A stretch of 32,000 nt of DNA from Bathycoccus prasinos (Eukaryota): assembly GCA_002220235.1 (NCBI GenBank), contig FO082265.1; one strand, written 5' to 3'. The notes under the pieces were generated by a model. It did not search any database. It saw nothing but the letters and a program-made list of their open reading frames with translations, and was not told where the DNA came from. Position numbers and translations under genes: made by a program. Within the stretch, counting starts at the first letter, position 1. Every line of letters starts with the position of its first letter. Positions 31,742 to 32,000 of this stretch are shown in pieces.

Positions 31742-32000
31742 ATGAAGCGTTCACATCACACATTAAAATTATGTGAATCCCTCATACCTCGAACCCTTCT
31801 ATATACACCTACTTCTGATATTTGTAGATTTCAGACCTCTTACAATCGTTTGGTATCAAATTTTTCAACCACGAGAACAACTGCTTGGAAGAGCTCAATT
31901 TTTTTTGCTTCTGAGAAAGTGCTTACCCATACTGACAGTGCTGGAAACGCAAAGATGATTGATATAAGTGGTAAAGAAACGACAAGCAGGGTCGCCGTTG
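31742..32000 (+). CDS. moaC: cyclic pyranopterin monophosphate synthase MoaC/Cnx3-like, 5' part only (runs off the window)
   Basis: This frame is not in the ORF track because it has no stop within the window. It is open from TAA at 31682-31684, and the first ATG is at 31742. It ends in ..EKVLTHTDSAGNAKMIDISGKETTSRVAV, matching the conserved MoaC N-terminal block (LTH.D..G.A.MVDVS.K..T.R.A.A). The preceding 50-60 aa are S/T/R-rich and presequence-like. Confidence 0.65.
   Translation, partial: MKRSHHTLKLCESLIPRTLLYTPTSDICRFQTSYNRLVSNFSTTRTTAWKSSIFFASEKVLTHTDSAGNAKMIDISGKETTSRVAV

Overview
This window is AT-rich, gene-dense eukaryotic nuclear DNA, not a prokaryotic locus. Many genes only make sense after removing very short GT-AG spliceosomal introns, mostly about 46-90 nt, which I reconstructed by hand from homology. 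I can support 17-18 protein-coding genes and one intron-containing tRNA-Leu(CAA). In order they are: inositol-3-phosphate synthase (5' partial), proteasome alpha-4, DDX49/Dbp8 helicase, GAR1, RFC1, NDC80, histone H2A.Z, UTP20 as a 7.5-kb single exon, KDEL receptor ERD2, a small unassigned ORF, a secreted CPW-WPC-domain protein, tRNA-Leu, a GT29 sialyltransferase-like protein, plant-type Kdo-8-phosphate synthase, an AMT1 ammonium transporter, biotin-protein ligase, an RsuA/RluF-type pseudouridine synthase, ERCC1, and the 5' part of MoaC. The biotin-protein ligase has about 13 tiny exons and is invisible in the ORF track. I saw no CRISPR array, transposon, rRNA or prokaryote-style operon or defence island, and I cannot claim a clearly novel system. 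The observations most worth follow-up are listed here. (1) The GT29 gene lies tail-to-tail with the Kdo-8-P synthase gene. (2) Gene orientation alternates almost perfectly, with long divergent promoter spacers and very short convergent spacers, one only 14 bp. (3) Intron density is strongly bimodal. (4) The junction between the CPW-WPC gene and the ORF downstream of it is ambiguous. (5) A stop-poor, GC-richer block lies upstream of the pseudouridine synthase and in the same frame. (6) RFC1 lacks a BRCT region. The tiny introns, plant-like KdsA and AMT1, and the CPW-WPC protein suggest a compact algal or protist genome. The species cannot be determined from this sequence alone.
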